From NCBI RefSeq assembly GCF_032191835.1, contig NC_083232.1, forward strand, positions 52,452,001 to 52,516,000: a stretch of 64,000 nucleotides of DNA, read 5' to 3'. Of this stretch, positions 26,471 through 38,520 are shown one piece after another; positions within the stretch are counted from its first letter, which is position 1; each line of letters begins with the position of its first letter. Made by a program: the position numbers and the translations under genes. This DNA comes from Heteronotia binoei (Eukaryota). The notes under the pieces were generated by a model. It did not search any database and was not told where the DNA came from. It was given only the letters and a program-made list of their open reading frames with translations.

Positions 26471-26914
26471 TGCAGAAACATCTCCCACCTCCCCTTGGAG
26501 GGGAAATTGTGGAAGATCTGTGTCAGAGTCCAGGTGCAAGCCAAGTCACAGTCCAAAGTCAGTCAAGATTCAGTCTAGAAGGTCAGTTACCAAAGAGCAG
26601 AGTCCAGTTGAAAACATGCTCCAGAAAGCAAGGTCTAGCAGTCTACGGCTGATAATGAAGTCTAACACTGGTCCAAAGGCCACTGGAGTGAAGCAGAATC
26701 AGGAGCTGTGGTAACTTGTTGCTTCCACATCAAGCAGTCTCCCTTGACTTGTTTTTATAGGCATCTGCTGCAAGGTCTTACTTGCAACCAACTGCTTCAG
26801 AGTAAGCCTGCAGCTACTCATAATTGGCAAGCAGCTGGCATCACGTCAGGAGACGTGTGCTTTCTCTTTTCTCCTGGAGTTCCATCCTAAGTCTTCATCT
26901 CTGGTGCTCAGAAT

Positions 26915-29178
26915 ACTATGAAATCTCTGGGAAGAAACAATTGGCTTTGTTTTTTATAGACGCGGAGAAGGCATTTGACAACTTAGATTGGGACTTCCTA
27001 TTTGGTCAGCTAAAGATGATGGATTTTGGAGAAAATTTTACTCAAAATGTGAAAGCTATATATAAGGACCAAAGAGCAAAAATAATCGTGAATGGAGACT
27101 TAACAGAAGAAATTAACTTACAGAAAGGTACCAGACAGGGATGCCCACTTTCCCCGTTACTCTTTGTGTTAGCCTTAGAAATTTTACTGGAATCTATAAG
27201 AAATAACGATAAAATAAAAGGTTTAGAGATTAAAGATGAAACTTATAAAGTGTTGGCTTACGCGGATGATATGGTCTTAATTGTACAAGATCCGTTAGAT
27301 TCAACTGACGAAATTTTAAAAGAGCTAACTGAATACGGACAAGTGGCAGGATTAAAGATCAACTATAAAAAGTCAAAGATCATTACAAAAAATATGACCA
27401 CTCAAGATATCCAGGTTGTTGAAAAAAGAACAGGTTTTCAGAGGGAAATGAAAGTTAAATACTTAGGGATAATGCTGAGTAGTAAATGTAGCAATATATA
27501 CGAACTTAATTATGAACCTCTTTTAAAAGAGCTTGAAGAGAAGTTAAAAAAATGGCGAACCTTACAGCTTTCTTTTATGGGTAGAATCGCGCTGATTAAG
27601 ATGTATATACTACCCAAGGTGTTGTTTCTATTTCAAATGGTCAACTTCGCGTCCAGGAAAGTTTTTCTTGTTAAAATAGAAAAGATGACCAGATCCTTTA
27701 TATGGCTGGACAAGAAACCGAGGATAAAAGGGAAAATTCTAACGGACATTAAGGAAAATGGAGGTTTAGGACTCCCAGATTGGGAAAACTATCACATAGC
27801 ATGTGGTACACTCTGGTTGCTCGACTGGATAGGGCTTGAGAATAAAAGAATATTAACGCTAGAAGGTTTTAACTTGTTAAATGGTTGGCACTTTAATCTA
27901 TGGTATGCAAATAAAACAAAGAAGTATTTTGTCAACCACCTGATTCGTAAGGGGATACATAATGTGTGGCTGAAACTTAAGAGAAAAATCTATAATAAAG
28001 TCCCTAGATGGATATCGCCTAATGAGGCCTCAATACAACCACAATTATGGGATTATACAAAGACGATTAGATACCAAGACCTACTAGATGAAAATAATAG
28101 ATTAAGAGGGAAAGTTGAGCTGGAGGAGCAGGGTATAGAACTTGACTGGTGGTCCATGATGCAGGTAATGGCCAAATATAATAAGGATAAATTGGTTGGG
28201 TTCACCAACTCTAGATTTGATTTTGACAAAATTCTATTAAATAAGATGAGCAAAATAATTAAAAATACATATAATTATATGATGCAGATGAAACTAGAGG
28301 ATGAAAGCGTTAAGGAAGTAATGCTGAAATGGTCTAAAAATCTGGAAAAAAATGTAGATCTAGAAACCTGGTCGCTTTTTTGGAAACTGAATGACAAAAT
28401 GATTAAACCAATCAATTTTAGAGAAAACTTTTTTAAATTATTCCACAGGTGGTATATCACTCCTGTCCAGCTAAATAAGATTAATCCGAACATTTCACCA
28501 AAATGTTGGAAATGCGGGATAGTTATAGGCTCCTTCTTCCACCTCTGGTGGACATGCACGTTGGCGAAGAAATTTTGGATTAAAATTTATGAGATGCTGA
28601 AAGCAATCTTAAAGATAAATTGGCAATTGAAACCCGAAGTTATGTTACTTTCATTAGTGAGGAAGGAAGTCCCCCAAGAGGACAAACCATTAACAGTATA
28701 TATATTAACAGCAGCGAGAATTGTTTATGCTAGGTACTGGAGACAAAAAGAATGTCCAGAACTAGAGGAGGTTGTAGACAAGGTACTACAAGCTGCGGAG
28801 ATGGATATTTTGTCTAATATGCTGAAAGGCACAACCAAAGATGAAGCTACAAAAAAATGGAAAAAGTTTTATAAGTGGCTTAAAAAAGAATGAGGTATGC
28901 AGCGCATAGAAATAAGGTATTACACTAGGTAATATGATATTGCTACATTAATGAAGATAAAAAGTGGATGTTAAGATAGGTGATGTCAAATTGGTTTGTA
29001 ACTGCATTCAGTCTCAATGGGAAGAACAAAGACGGGTTACAGTTTTGATATTAATTTATCTTTATAAAACTTTATGATTTCACGTAAACCGTTTACCAGG
29101 AGAATTGTAATTGTAATGGATATATTGTTTTGTTAATCTGTGGAGCTGAAATAAACTTTTGAAAACGGAAAAAAAAAA
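26915..29178 (+). mobile_element. L1-clade LINE, 5'-truncated (RT plus C-terminal Cys motif, 3' UTR, poly-A)
   Basis: Uninterrupted frame to the stop at 28891-28893 with IDAEKAFD, GTRQGCPLSPLLF, YADD and CWKC-x8-H-x4-C. AATAAA at 29150-29155 followed by an A tract at 29169-29178. Confidence 0.93.
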
Positions 29179-29179
29179 G

Positions 29180-30900
29180 GGGCATGAGTGAAATAGGAAG
29201 GTTGGTAACAACCACCTGGTTTTAATCTGTTGTAAGGGGCTGGAAGGTGTTGGTGGCTCTGCATCAGCTGTTGGTTGTGAACTCTGACAAGCCTGCAGTT
29301 CCTCATTTTGCTTGCCAGCTTCTGCTGCTTCTGACTCTGAGCTGTCTCCTCTCCTCCTGAGGAGTCCTTCACTTCTGACTGACCCACAGCAGTCTGGGAC
29401 ATGGGACCCTATGCTGTCACCAGAGGTTTTTGTGAGGCAGAACCTAAGGGGCCACCTTGAACAAGTGCAGGCATACATCTGGTGGCAGAGGCATCCAGAT
29501 GCTCATGCCATCAGGGGGGCTCACTCCCATCAGGCCTGGAGAAGAATGACAGAACCACTGGTGACCCGGCAGTACTCCCCTCCCAGCATCCCCTCCCTAG
29601 CATGTGGGGGCAGCAACAGCCCCACGTGGCCTTCTCCCCACAACCATGGCTGCCCCTTCCTAGCACATGCCTCCATGTGGTTGTCTTTGGAACAGCCAGG
29701 GTGGGCTACTTTTGAGTAGAAAGGAAACACAACACAGTCCCTGGTCACAGCTACCCAGGTGTAGGCATCCCCATGGTCCAGCTGTAGTAGCCTTTGGAGC
29801 ATTCAGCCTCCCAAGGGAGTGGCAAGGGGGCTTGAATGTGGTTGCAAGGCATTGGGCCCCTCAGATTCCTATGGTGGCAGCCAAGGTGGGGGTTCTCCCA
29901 CCAGTGTCACTCATTCTGTTTTTCATAATGTATGGGTCCCTTAAAAAGGGTATGAGGCAGCAGTGACAACAGAGCACTTCCACCATGTGAGATGGTTGGC
30001 CATAAGACAGTCTCACAAGAGGATGACTGACAGATCTGCGGTTTTTGCAAATGTGTGTGGGGAAAAGACATCCATGTAGATGACTGATCCCTTCATGATG
30101 CAGGCCCTGTACACCCAGCTTACAAACAGTGAGCTCTCCCAGCTCTGTGAGCACTGGCCCCCAGGATGCTCATGAGTGGTGGAGACTTTGCGCATGTAAC
30201 AATGCTTTGCGCATGTAACAATGGTATTTACCATTATGGTATCCATGCTGCAAGACGGCTGTCAGAAGGGCCAATGCACATATCAACCAGGGTGCCCTTT
30301 GATTTTGCATTTGTGGGCCAACATTGCCCACAGTAGCCACTGCTGTTTGCTATGCAAGCTCCTTTTTTGCATACCTAAATATCTCTGGGGTACCTGGGAT
30401 CCAGATAGGCCTAGCTGGACTGTGTAGGGGAATACCCTCTGAAACTGGCATCTCTGTTCAGCAGTGCAAATTGTTACTGGCTAAGCCCCACTGCACTGGT
30501 GGCCGTTCAGGCTGACAGCTTCATTTGCACAATGGTTCCTGCTCAGTTTATCAGCCAACACTGGTCTCCTGGGGCTAGGGACCACATCCAGTGCAGTTCT
30601 ATGAGAGGCCACCCATGGCATTCTCATGTTGAATCCCTGCCATGCCAGGACATCTGTACCCACCCTCCCCTGCCTGTTTCTACAAGGTGAGTGGGGTGAC
30701 CCTGCAATTGCTGCCTATGGAGTCTGTGCCTTTGATCCAAACTATAGCACAGATTGGGTACGCTCATGTCTTACTTTCACAAAAATGCAAAAGGATTTTA
30801 TTACTGTTTATCTGATGGGATTCAGGTAGTTGTACTGACAATCTAGACAGCATGAGGTTGCCAAAAGGCTGCTACCAGTGTGTGATTTCTACCACGATCA
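29180..30900 (-). mobile_element. GC-richer decayed repeat, possibly the Myb/SANT ORF half of the Harbinger element
   Basis: Composition resembles 25150-26900, and its convergent position relative to the transposase fits Harbinger layout. Protein similarity is only faint. Confidence 0.3.
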
Positions 30901-32999
30901 TTTCCATTGGTGGAAGTGTGTTGCAAAAGAAACCATTGAACAATTGCTTTGCTTGAATGTCTAGAACGTATAACAGAAAGAAAAAGAGGGAATTCTCTGT
31001 TTGCCTGCACAATGACTGTACACAGGTCAGTACTGAAATGAAACTGATTTAGCCACCTCTTGGTGTGCAACATGTATCTTGAATATATCTGGGGCTGTAT
31101 TTAGGATTCATTCACAACTGAATGCATGATCTAAGTCACACTGCCCTGAAAAGAAGTGACTATAAGGTGATTCCATAACATAAAATAATTCCATACTTAG
31201 AGAAAGAGCCCAAGATGGTCACAATTTTGAATGCCCAGCTCCAAGGACTCGGTTGAACCCAAGGGTATCTGGATGACTTGTGGATCTCTCTTTCTGATGT
31301 GAGAACATTTCTGTTAGCTCTTTGTTTCTTTTGGCAATGACAGCTATTCATGGCTTTCCTTTGAGCCAAAAACTAAGTTACTGGGATACACTGAACAAAA
31401 TTCTTCCATTGCATTTATGACATGAAGCAGGAAGTTTTAAAAGTCTCATATGATTTCTATCTCATTTATGAAGCAAAGAAGTTTGGATAATTTTCAAGGA
31501 GACATTTGTTCCAAATCAAACTTTGATTTTTTTCTCTCCATCATTTTTTCCCCCATAGTAGTTGTGAAGAAATAGACGATAGGCATCCCCATAGCTTATT
31601 CAGACAGAAGAGAAGGGAAGAAAAGGAAGCCTGGAACAGATTTATTACAACAGATCTTATTGGTGAAACATGCTGCTTAATGATGCACTTCTCAAGTTAG
31701 TTTAGTTGCCTAACCCTTTGAGTAAATGCAGTCAAATCGGCATAAATGAAAGTCTGCTTTCTTTCCACGCCTTGAAGATCATCATGTCTAACTTTTACGG
31801 TTTAACCCAGTTATCTCTTTCAAGTTTTGACTGTAAAAGTTAATTTGTAAAAGCTGTGAAAATGGCCAAGCAAGATTGATTTCCTCTATTCCCCCACCCC
31901 CACCCCCATACTAATAAAGAGCTACTTGGTATCAACTAATAAGTTTGGCTCTTAAATAGAATTCATGAAGCATAATGGTTTCTGGGTTTTGAGTAAAACA
32001 CTTGCAATGCCAGAGCCAATATTTTGTGAACCCAGCCAGGCTCCATTTCTTTTTTTCACTTGGAAGGAACTTGAAGCCTTCTTACTCCTGAGGGTATGAA
32101 AGATCCTGCTGAGAATTCACTTGTGAGTGCTTCAGTGTTGCGTTAACCTCGGTGTTGTTTTGAGATCTTCTGCTCTTCCTCTTCTTCCCACTCAATTCAA
32201 AATTTAACTTGGCAACCCCTCTAAGTTCTCAGTGTAGCTGGTTCAACTGTTTACCATCCCATTCATCCACCCACATGCAAAAAAGTAAAATCCCAAGATG
32301 CTGAAAGTCAACATTCTATTTTTTAGAGAAACAAAACATGAGAATCATGGAACATCTGAGAACTGTAGCAGAAATATAGCCTCTGTGCGCCCACAGATTT
32401 GTAAGAATGCAAAGGAACTGGCCTGCAGGCTAGGGCTTTTTTGCCAGGTTGTTTCTAAGTGATTTGTGAGGAAATTTGCTCCACTGTTGCAACTACCATC
32501 AGTTTTAAATGTGGGACCAGTCATATATATCTTTTGTATACTTCCAAATTACAACAGTATTGTATCAGTGAATAAAGACCAAACAAGTCCAAGTTAAGCA
32601 TTCTTAAGTGCCATTGATTTCCACTGGGGATTTGAGCACATGCTTACAGCTTCCCAGAGAAACCAGTGGGATGCAAACTTTGACTGGAACATTTGGCTGA
32701 ATTATTAGATTGCATTATTTCCCCACCCCTTTTCTGTGGGACTCAAAGTGGAATTTATGGCATTAGGCCATGCAGGGACTGGTCAGGACCAGACCTACTT
32801 AGCATCTGAAGCACACATCCCCTCTCCTCTGGAGCTTCAGGGTTTAGTGTTTACCTAGGTTGGTTTCCTTTGGATAAGAGAACACTGGAGGCCTATGGTA
32901 TCTGTAGTATTTGCTTCCTTTACCAGCATTCAAGTAGAAGAGTCGCAGAGGCATTCCACATGGCAGCAGCATCCCACTAGGCCACATCATCATTATTTT

Positions 33000-33385
33000 T
33001 AAAACTTATTTATTTAATTTATTAATTGCCCCATCCCAGATTGCACTGAGCTCTGGGCAATGTAAGAGGCATAATGCCATAAAATAAACATGCAACTTTA
33101 AAATTCAACAAACAACTTAATAAGAGCTTAAAAAAAACAGAATAAAAGATAGACTAAGATTGTGTCCTTTTAATTTTCTGTTCCCGTTTTTGACTACTGG
33201 CCATTTTCTGGGAGGAGGGAGAGGGAAATAAAACAGAATGCCCGGGGGTGGAGGGAGGGAGGGACGAAGCGGAGGGTGCCAACTATAAGAAAAACCTTTT
33301 CTGCCTTCAACCAAAAGCCTGGCGGAACATCTCTGCCTTACAGGCCCTGCAGAATTGTATAAGATCCCGCAGGGCTCTGGTGTCA
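33000..33385 (-). mobile_element. L2-clade LINE 3' end
   Basis: ...PEPCGILYNSAGPVRQRCSAR region is homologous to the 3' end of the L2 at 52850-52930. (TTTA)n tail near 33000. Confidence 0.7.
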
Positions 33386-33512
33386 GCTCTCCAGAGACAG
33401 ACATCCTAAACCTTTAGGGTGTTTCAGTCAAATCACAGCAGTCTGCCTGTTTATCTTACTATTTCCAAACCTATACTGTGGTTTGTTTTCACAGAGAGCC
33501 ATATGCTCCTTA

Positions 33513-34228
33513 CAGGGTTGTCAGGTCTGACTCAAGAAATATCTGAGGACTTTAAGGGTGGAGCCAAGAGACTTTGGGGGTGGAGCCCGGAGCAAAGTTG
33601 TGACAAGCATGATTGAACTCCAAAGAGAGTCCTGGTCATCACATTTAAAGGAACCACACTTCTTTTAAATGCCTTCCCTCCACTGGAAATAATGAAGGAT
33701 AGAGGCACCTTAGACTCATAGAATCATAGAGTTGCAAGAAACCTCCGGAGTCATCTAGTCCAACCCCCTGCACAATGCAGGAAACACCTCACAAACACCT
33801 CCCCCTAAATTCACAGGATCTTCATTGCTGTCAGATAGCCATCTAGCCTCTGTTTAAAAACCTCCAAGGAAGGAGAGCCCACAAACTCCCGAGGAAGCCT
33901 GTTCCACTGAGGAAACCCACCTTCTTTTGGGGCTCATAGAATTGGACCCCCTAGTCTAACCTTTTTGAAACTGGGGGGGGGGGGTGTTTTGAGGAGAGGC
34001 ACTGGATGCTATGCTGAAAATTTGCTGCCTCTTTTTTTTTTTAAACGGAGTCCCAAATACTCACATGTCAATTCTCCATTATACCCTATGGGAATTGGTC
34101 TCCATGGGGTATAATAGAGTGCCCAGAAGACATTTCCCCCCCCCGCCCTGCTTTCTGATAACCCTAAAGCAGGGGAGGGCTTCCAAACTGGGGGATCCCC
34201 TGCCCCCAACTGGGGATTGGCAACCCTG
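33513..34228. mobile_element. Non-autonomous hAT-like element carrying a nested CR1 fragment
   Basis: TIRs CAGGGTTGTCA / TGGCAACCCTG. Body closely similar to 49335-49808. Degenerate 8-bp flanks GCTCCTTA / GTACCTTC. Confidence 0.8.
33712..33917 (-). mobile_element. CR1 3' fragment inserted into the hAT-like element
   Basis: CATAGAATCATAGAGTTG tail. Flanked by the direct repeat CACCTT (33706-33711 and 33918-33923). The copy at 49.5 kb has a single CACCTT. Confidence 0.85.
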
Positions 34229-36197
34229 GTACCTTCAGGTGAAAGGGTTCATCTCTGAGTCATCTTCTGGTGTGTAAAGCCTTTCCAGAAGATATCTGCA
34301 GCTCTTGAGACATGTTGGGTTGGATTTTGCTGATTTCCAGCAGCAGAAAGAACCAGTGTGGTGTAGCTTTTAGTGTAGGCTCTGGATTGGGAAATACCTG
34401 GAGATTCTTGGGGGGTGGACCCTGGGGAGGGGAGGAACCTCAGCTGGATATAATGCCATAGACTCCACCTTCTGATGTGGCCATTTTCTCTGGGTGAACT
34501 AACCATTGTTTCCTGGAGATGTTATAATAAGAGATCTCCAGCTACTACCTAGAGATTGGCAGCCCTATATTAGTGGCTCCCATGGAGTTCTGTGGGTCAA
34601 GGAAAACAGGCTACAATCTGCAACACAGTTAAGAGGAGATAACCCTGCAAGTGTTAAATTCAGCAGGAATCCATGAATTTTATTCACAAGCCCTATCTCC
34701 ACCCCCATACTCTACCAGATATAGCATCATTTTGCAAATTTTTAAACAAGACTTAAAATGTCTTAACTTTTGTTGTGCACCAATCTTCCCTCCCCCCCTC
34801 ATTTGAATTATATGCTGAGTATATGCGTGTGACCGGGTAGGTGGGTGAAAAAATAATATCCTGTTTCTTTGAATATGTCACCAAAATAAGCAGCTAAGCT
34901 GCTTGAATGTTCTGCATGTGAAACAAAAATGGATTTCCCTAAGGGCTACAATTACCACAAGTATGCTGAGATTAATAATGGAATAAAGTTGTGTGGGTGT
35001 CTGAGGTCATTGTTAGCCAATAAATAGAAGATTAAAAATTGGTTAGAGGATTTAATGGCTGCATGAAACAAATTGAGCTAAAGTCTCCCCAAGGTTCGCC
35101 ACCCCCACCTCAGTTTTCTTTTATCTCAGAGACCTGGCTACCTGCAATACTTAGTCATAGAATATAATTTATTTTTAGAGAAGAGATTCAGGCATTATAC
35201 ATAGAGTGCATTTTTTCTCATTTTGTTTTGCTTTTATAGCTGTGAGTTCATATCAGAATCTTTCTTTGTCTCATATTCATATATGAACACAATCCAGCCA
35301 AGCTTGATTCATTTAAACTCCAGATATCAGTGAAAGAATTAAGCAAGTGCTGAAATCTCTTCCTCTTAAATCAATAGTAATTTGAAGTACTTACTTTTGG
35401 CTAGATGTGCCTTGCATTATTCAGATAGGTGTATATATTTGTGTAGGCCTTTCTGAAGTCAAACTAAACTATTTCCTGACATACGTATTTCTGGGAAAAT
35501 GGGCCCAATTGTAATGTTGATTGCTTTACTTTAATCATGCATTTATAATTATTTTCATTTCCTCTACATTAATGAGAAGACCTTACAGCACTGATGTATG
35601 GATTTAGAATGACAGATTCTTGGCTATCATATGCCCTTGGTCAAAAATGGTAGATGTGTTTCCAAGGTAAAAGAGCAAGAGGTTCATAGATTTACAAAAT
35701 GAGTGTGCAGCTGCCAAGTTACAAAATAGTATGTAGAAGTAAAGTTTTGTTTTAATTTCTACAGTGCTATTATAAACATGAGAACTATAATGTCAAAACC
35801 TGGTGCCTTTGAAGAGAGAGGTTAGAACACTGGAATCTTGCTTTTAAATACATTTACTGTTTTGTTTTGATTTACAATAATGCTAATATTTGCCAGGAAA
35901 CTAGAGAGAACCCCCAAGGTCAAATATTAACTAAAACATCACTTCAGATAATGTAAGAGAATGCCAGCCTGGCCCATATAAAACACACACTGGCTTTACT
36001 TGAAAGCTCTGTGGAATAAAACTTAACTTTATCAAAACAGGAGGGTAAATCTGTGAAGAGTTCCATAACCTGAGTGCCACCATTGAAAAAACTCTAAATG
36101 TTGTTGTGACTACTTTGGGCAGTGAATGAGGCACACTCACCAAAGAAACTCCTCAGCTGATGGTCAATGCATGGGAAGTACAGTAATCACAGAAAGT

Positions 36198-36416
36198 TAG
36201 GGTTGCCAGGTCTGGGTTGGAAAATACCTGGAGACTTTGGAGGTGGATCCAGGAAAGGATGGGGCTTGGGGAAGGGAGGAACCACAGGATGGTGCAATGG
36301 AATAGAGTCCTCCCTTCAAAGCAGCCATTTTTTCCAGGAGAGCTGATCTCTGTCAGCTGGAGTTCAGTTATAAAAGCAGGAGATCTCCAAGCCCCACTTG
36401 GAGGCAGGTAACCCTA
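36198..36416. mobile_element. Short MITE (TAGGGTTGCC family)
   Basis: TAGGGTTGCCAGG ... GGTAACCCTA termini. Related partial copies at about 34365-34568, 37570-38000 and 38310-38520. Confidence 0.7.
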
Positions 36417-37451
36417 ACATTAATAGAAACTCAAAGCAACATACTGTGCTGTAGCAGTATACAGTGATTGCTCTGTTTTTGTGTTGCCATTTCTACATAT
36501 GGGTTCTAGATGTGGTTTAAGATTGAGTTCATCTCAGTGAGATAACAGTACCACTTTTGACTTCTGCAGCTTTTGACTCACTTCTGCAACTAAAGCAACA
36601 CAATGGCAGATGAGATGGTCACATAAAGTGGAGAGCAGAGCTTTCATACTTGCGGTGCTTGCATACGAGAAGGGGGCATAGAAGATGTATCATTTGCAGG
36701 TTGAAGGCTAAGAAAAAACTATATGCACTGAACTTCCAGTTCTTCTCCAGAGCCACACTTGGCATCTAGTCACTCTAGCAATGTAAGAGAACAAGACAGG
36801 TACACTTATGTTTGGCTCAGATCAAGATCTGGCAGTGCAACAGCGAGTCCTAAAGGAACTTTGGCCTTGTCTGTGTTACTTTCCCCTTCGCTCTTTCTGT
36901 AATAGTTAATGATCTAAATAACGACTTTCTGGATTGTAGCAGATTGTGCTTTGCCCCTCAGTGCTGGATTAAACCCTGTGGAGGCCCCTAGGCTGTTGAA
37001 ATCTTGTGGAGCCCCTTGCAAATTATCTCAGAGTCTGAACATCCACCCCACCACTCATAGCCCCCACTGTAGCCTGCAAGCACCTTCATCAAAGCTCCTT
37101 TTACTAAGCTTTGGGGGAGAGGCAGAGAGAGGTAAACTTGGTGACAACGCCAGCAGCAGCCACCCCAGGCAAGTTGGGCAAAGAGCAGTTCAATTGCTGG
37201 CTGCATGTGCCAGCTGGGAGGGCTGTACGCAGGGGAAAAACCAGAGGGGGGAGCTGGCCTGGGGCCCCTAAAGGCATGGGGGCCCATAGGCCAGTGCCTA
37301 CTTGGTCTAATTGTTAATCCAGTTCTGTTGCCACTACATCCAGAGCACCAAACCTTTTCCTTTCATTCCTTCCTTGATTTAAATAGTTTTCCAAAACTAT
37401 AAGCTGTATCCATACAGGCGACTATATAAACCAGGGACTATATAAACCAGA

Positions 37452-37533
37452 CTCTGACTTGGATGGCCCATGCTAATCCAGTCTCATCAGATCTCAGAAG
37501 CTAAACAGGGCTGGCCGTGACAAGTACTTGGAT
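37452..37533 (+). mobile_element. 5S rRNA-derived SINE head (truncated)
   Basis: TCTCATCAGATCTCAGAAGCTAAACAGGGCTGGCCGTGACAAGTACTTGGAT aligns to the 5S rRNA internal control region (ATCTCGGAAGCTAAGCAGGG...AGTACTTGGAT). Ends in a T tract. Confidence 0.7.
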
Positions 37534-37569
37534 TTTTTTTTTTTTTTTGGTCTGGTATGGTTGTGCTAT

Positions 37570-38520
37570 GGTACACCATAGAGTATGTGCCTCAAGGTGG
37601 CTGTTTTCTGTAGGGGAATTGATCTGACTTCAGCTTTCCATCTCTTCCCCTCTCCCTGCAGCCTCTGCCTAGGAAAAGTACAGTCTTTCTCCACAGTGTG
37701 GACCAAAGCAGGAGAAAAGCCACCTCAGCAGGGTGTAATGACACAAAGTCCACCCTGCAAAGCTGCCATTTTCTCCAAGGGAAGTGATCTCTGCCATCTG
37801 AATAGCAGTTGTAATTCTGAGTGATCTCCAGCCCTCACCTGGAGATTGACAACAATCATTCCCAGGAGCAAATGGCTTGTTTGGAGGATGGAGTCTATGG
37901 CATTGTACCTGTCTGAGGTTCCACCCCTCCTCAAACCCACCATCTCCAGGTTCCATCCCACAAATCTCCAGGAATTTCTGAACCTGGAGTTGGCAATCCT
38001 ATCTCCTTTCCAGGCAACCATCAACCTACCTTTATCTGCCCCTCTGACTTCAGCTTTTCATCTCCTCCCCACTTCCCTGCAGCTTCTGTGAGGTAGGTTT
38101 GGCTGAAAGTCTGACTGGTTCGAAATCACCCAGTCAGCTTCCACAGCAATAACCTGGGTCTGGCAGACCCTTCTCTAAAGTGCTGACTGCTGTGCCACAG
38201 TGACTGTCATTTGAAAGCTGCTACTAAACAGTAGCAAGCAGCCAGGCCTAGTTAAGTCATGCCTGTCAGATGGCATCAAGTCATGCACATAGTGCTGCCA
38301 GGCCGAGGGTAGCCAGCCCCCAGGTGGAGCCTGAAAATCTCCTGTTGTCACAAATGAACTCCATCCAACAGATCTCTCTCTTACTGGAGAAAATAACTGT
38401 TTTGGAAGGTGGACTCTATGACATTATATTCATCTGAACCCCCCCCCCCCCTAAACTCTGACTTCCTTAGACTCCATCACAAAATCTCCAGGAATTTCCC
38501 ACCAACCTGGATCTGGCAAC
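37570..38520. repeat. Cluster of MITE fragments (TAGGGTTGCC family) in mixed orientations
   Basis: Repeated GCTGCCATTTTCTCC / TGATCTCTG / CCTGGAG...TGGCAA motifs. Confidence 0.6.

Noticed and set aside
26824-26914. N-terminal extension making a 689-aa host-L1 fusion ORF
   Set aside because: The ORF-track start is TTG rather than ATG, and the first ~30 codons are flanking DNA that happens to be open.
37478-37533. Functional 5S rRNA gene
   Set aside because: Only about 55 nt are 5S-like, both 5S ends are missing, and the upstream sequence is non-5S.
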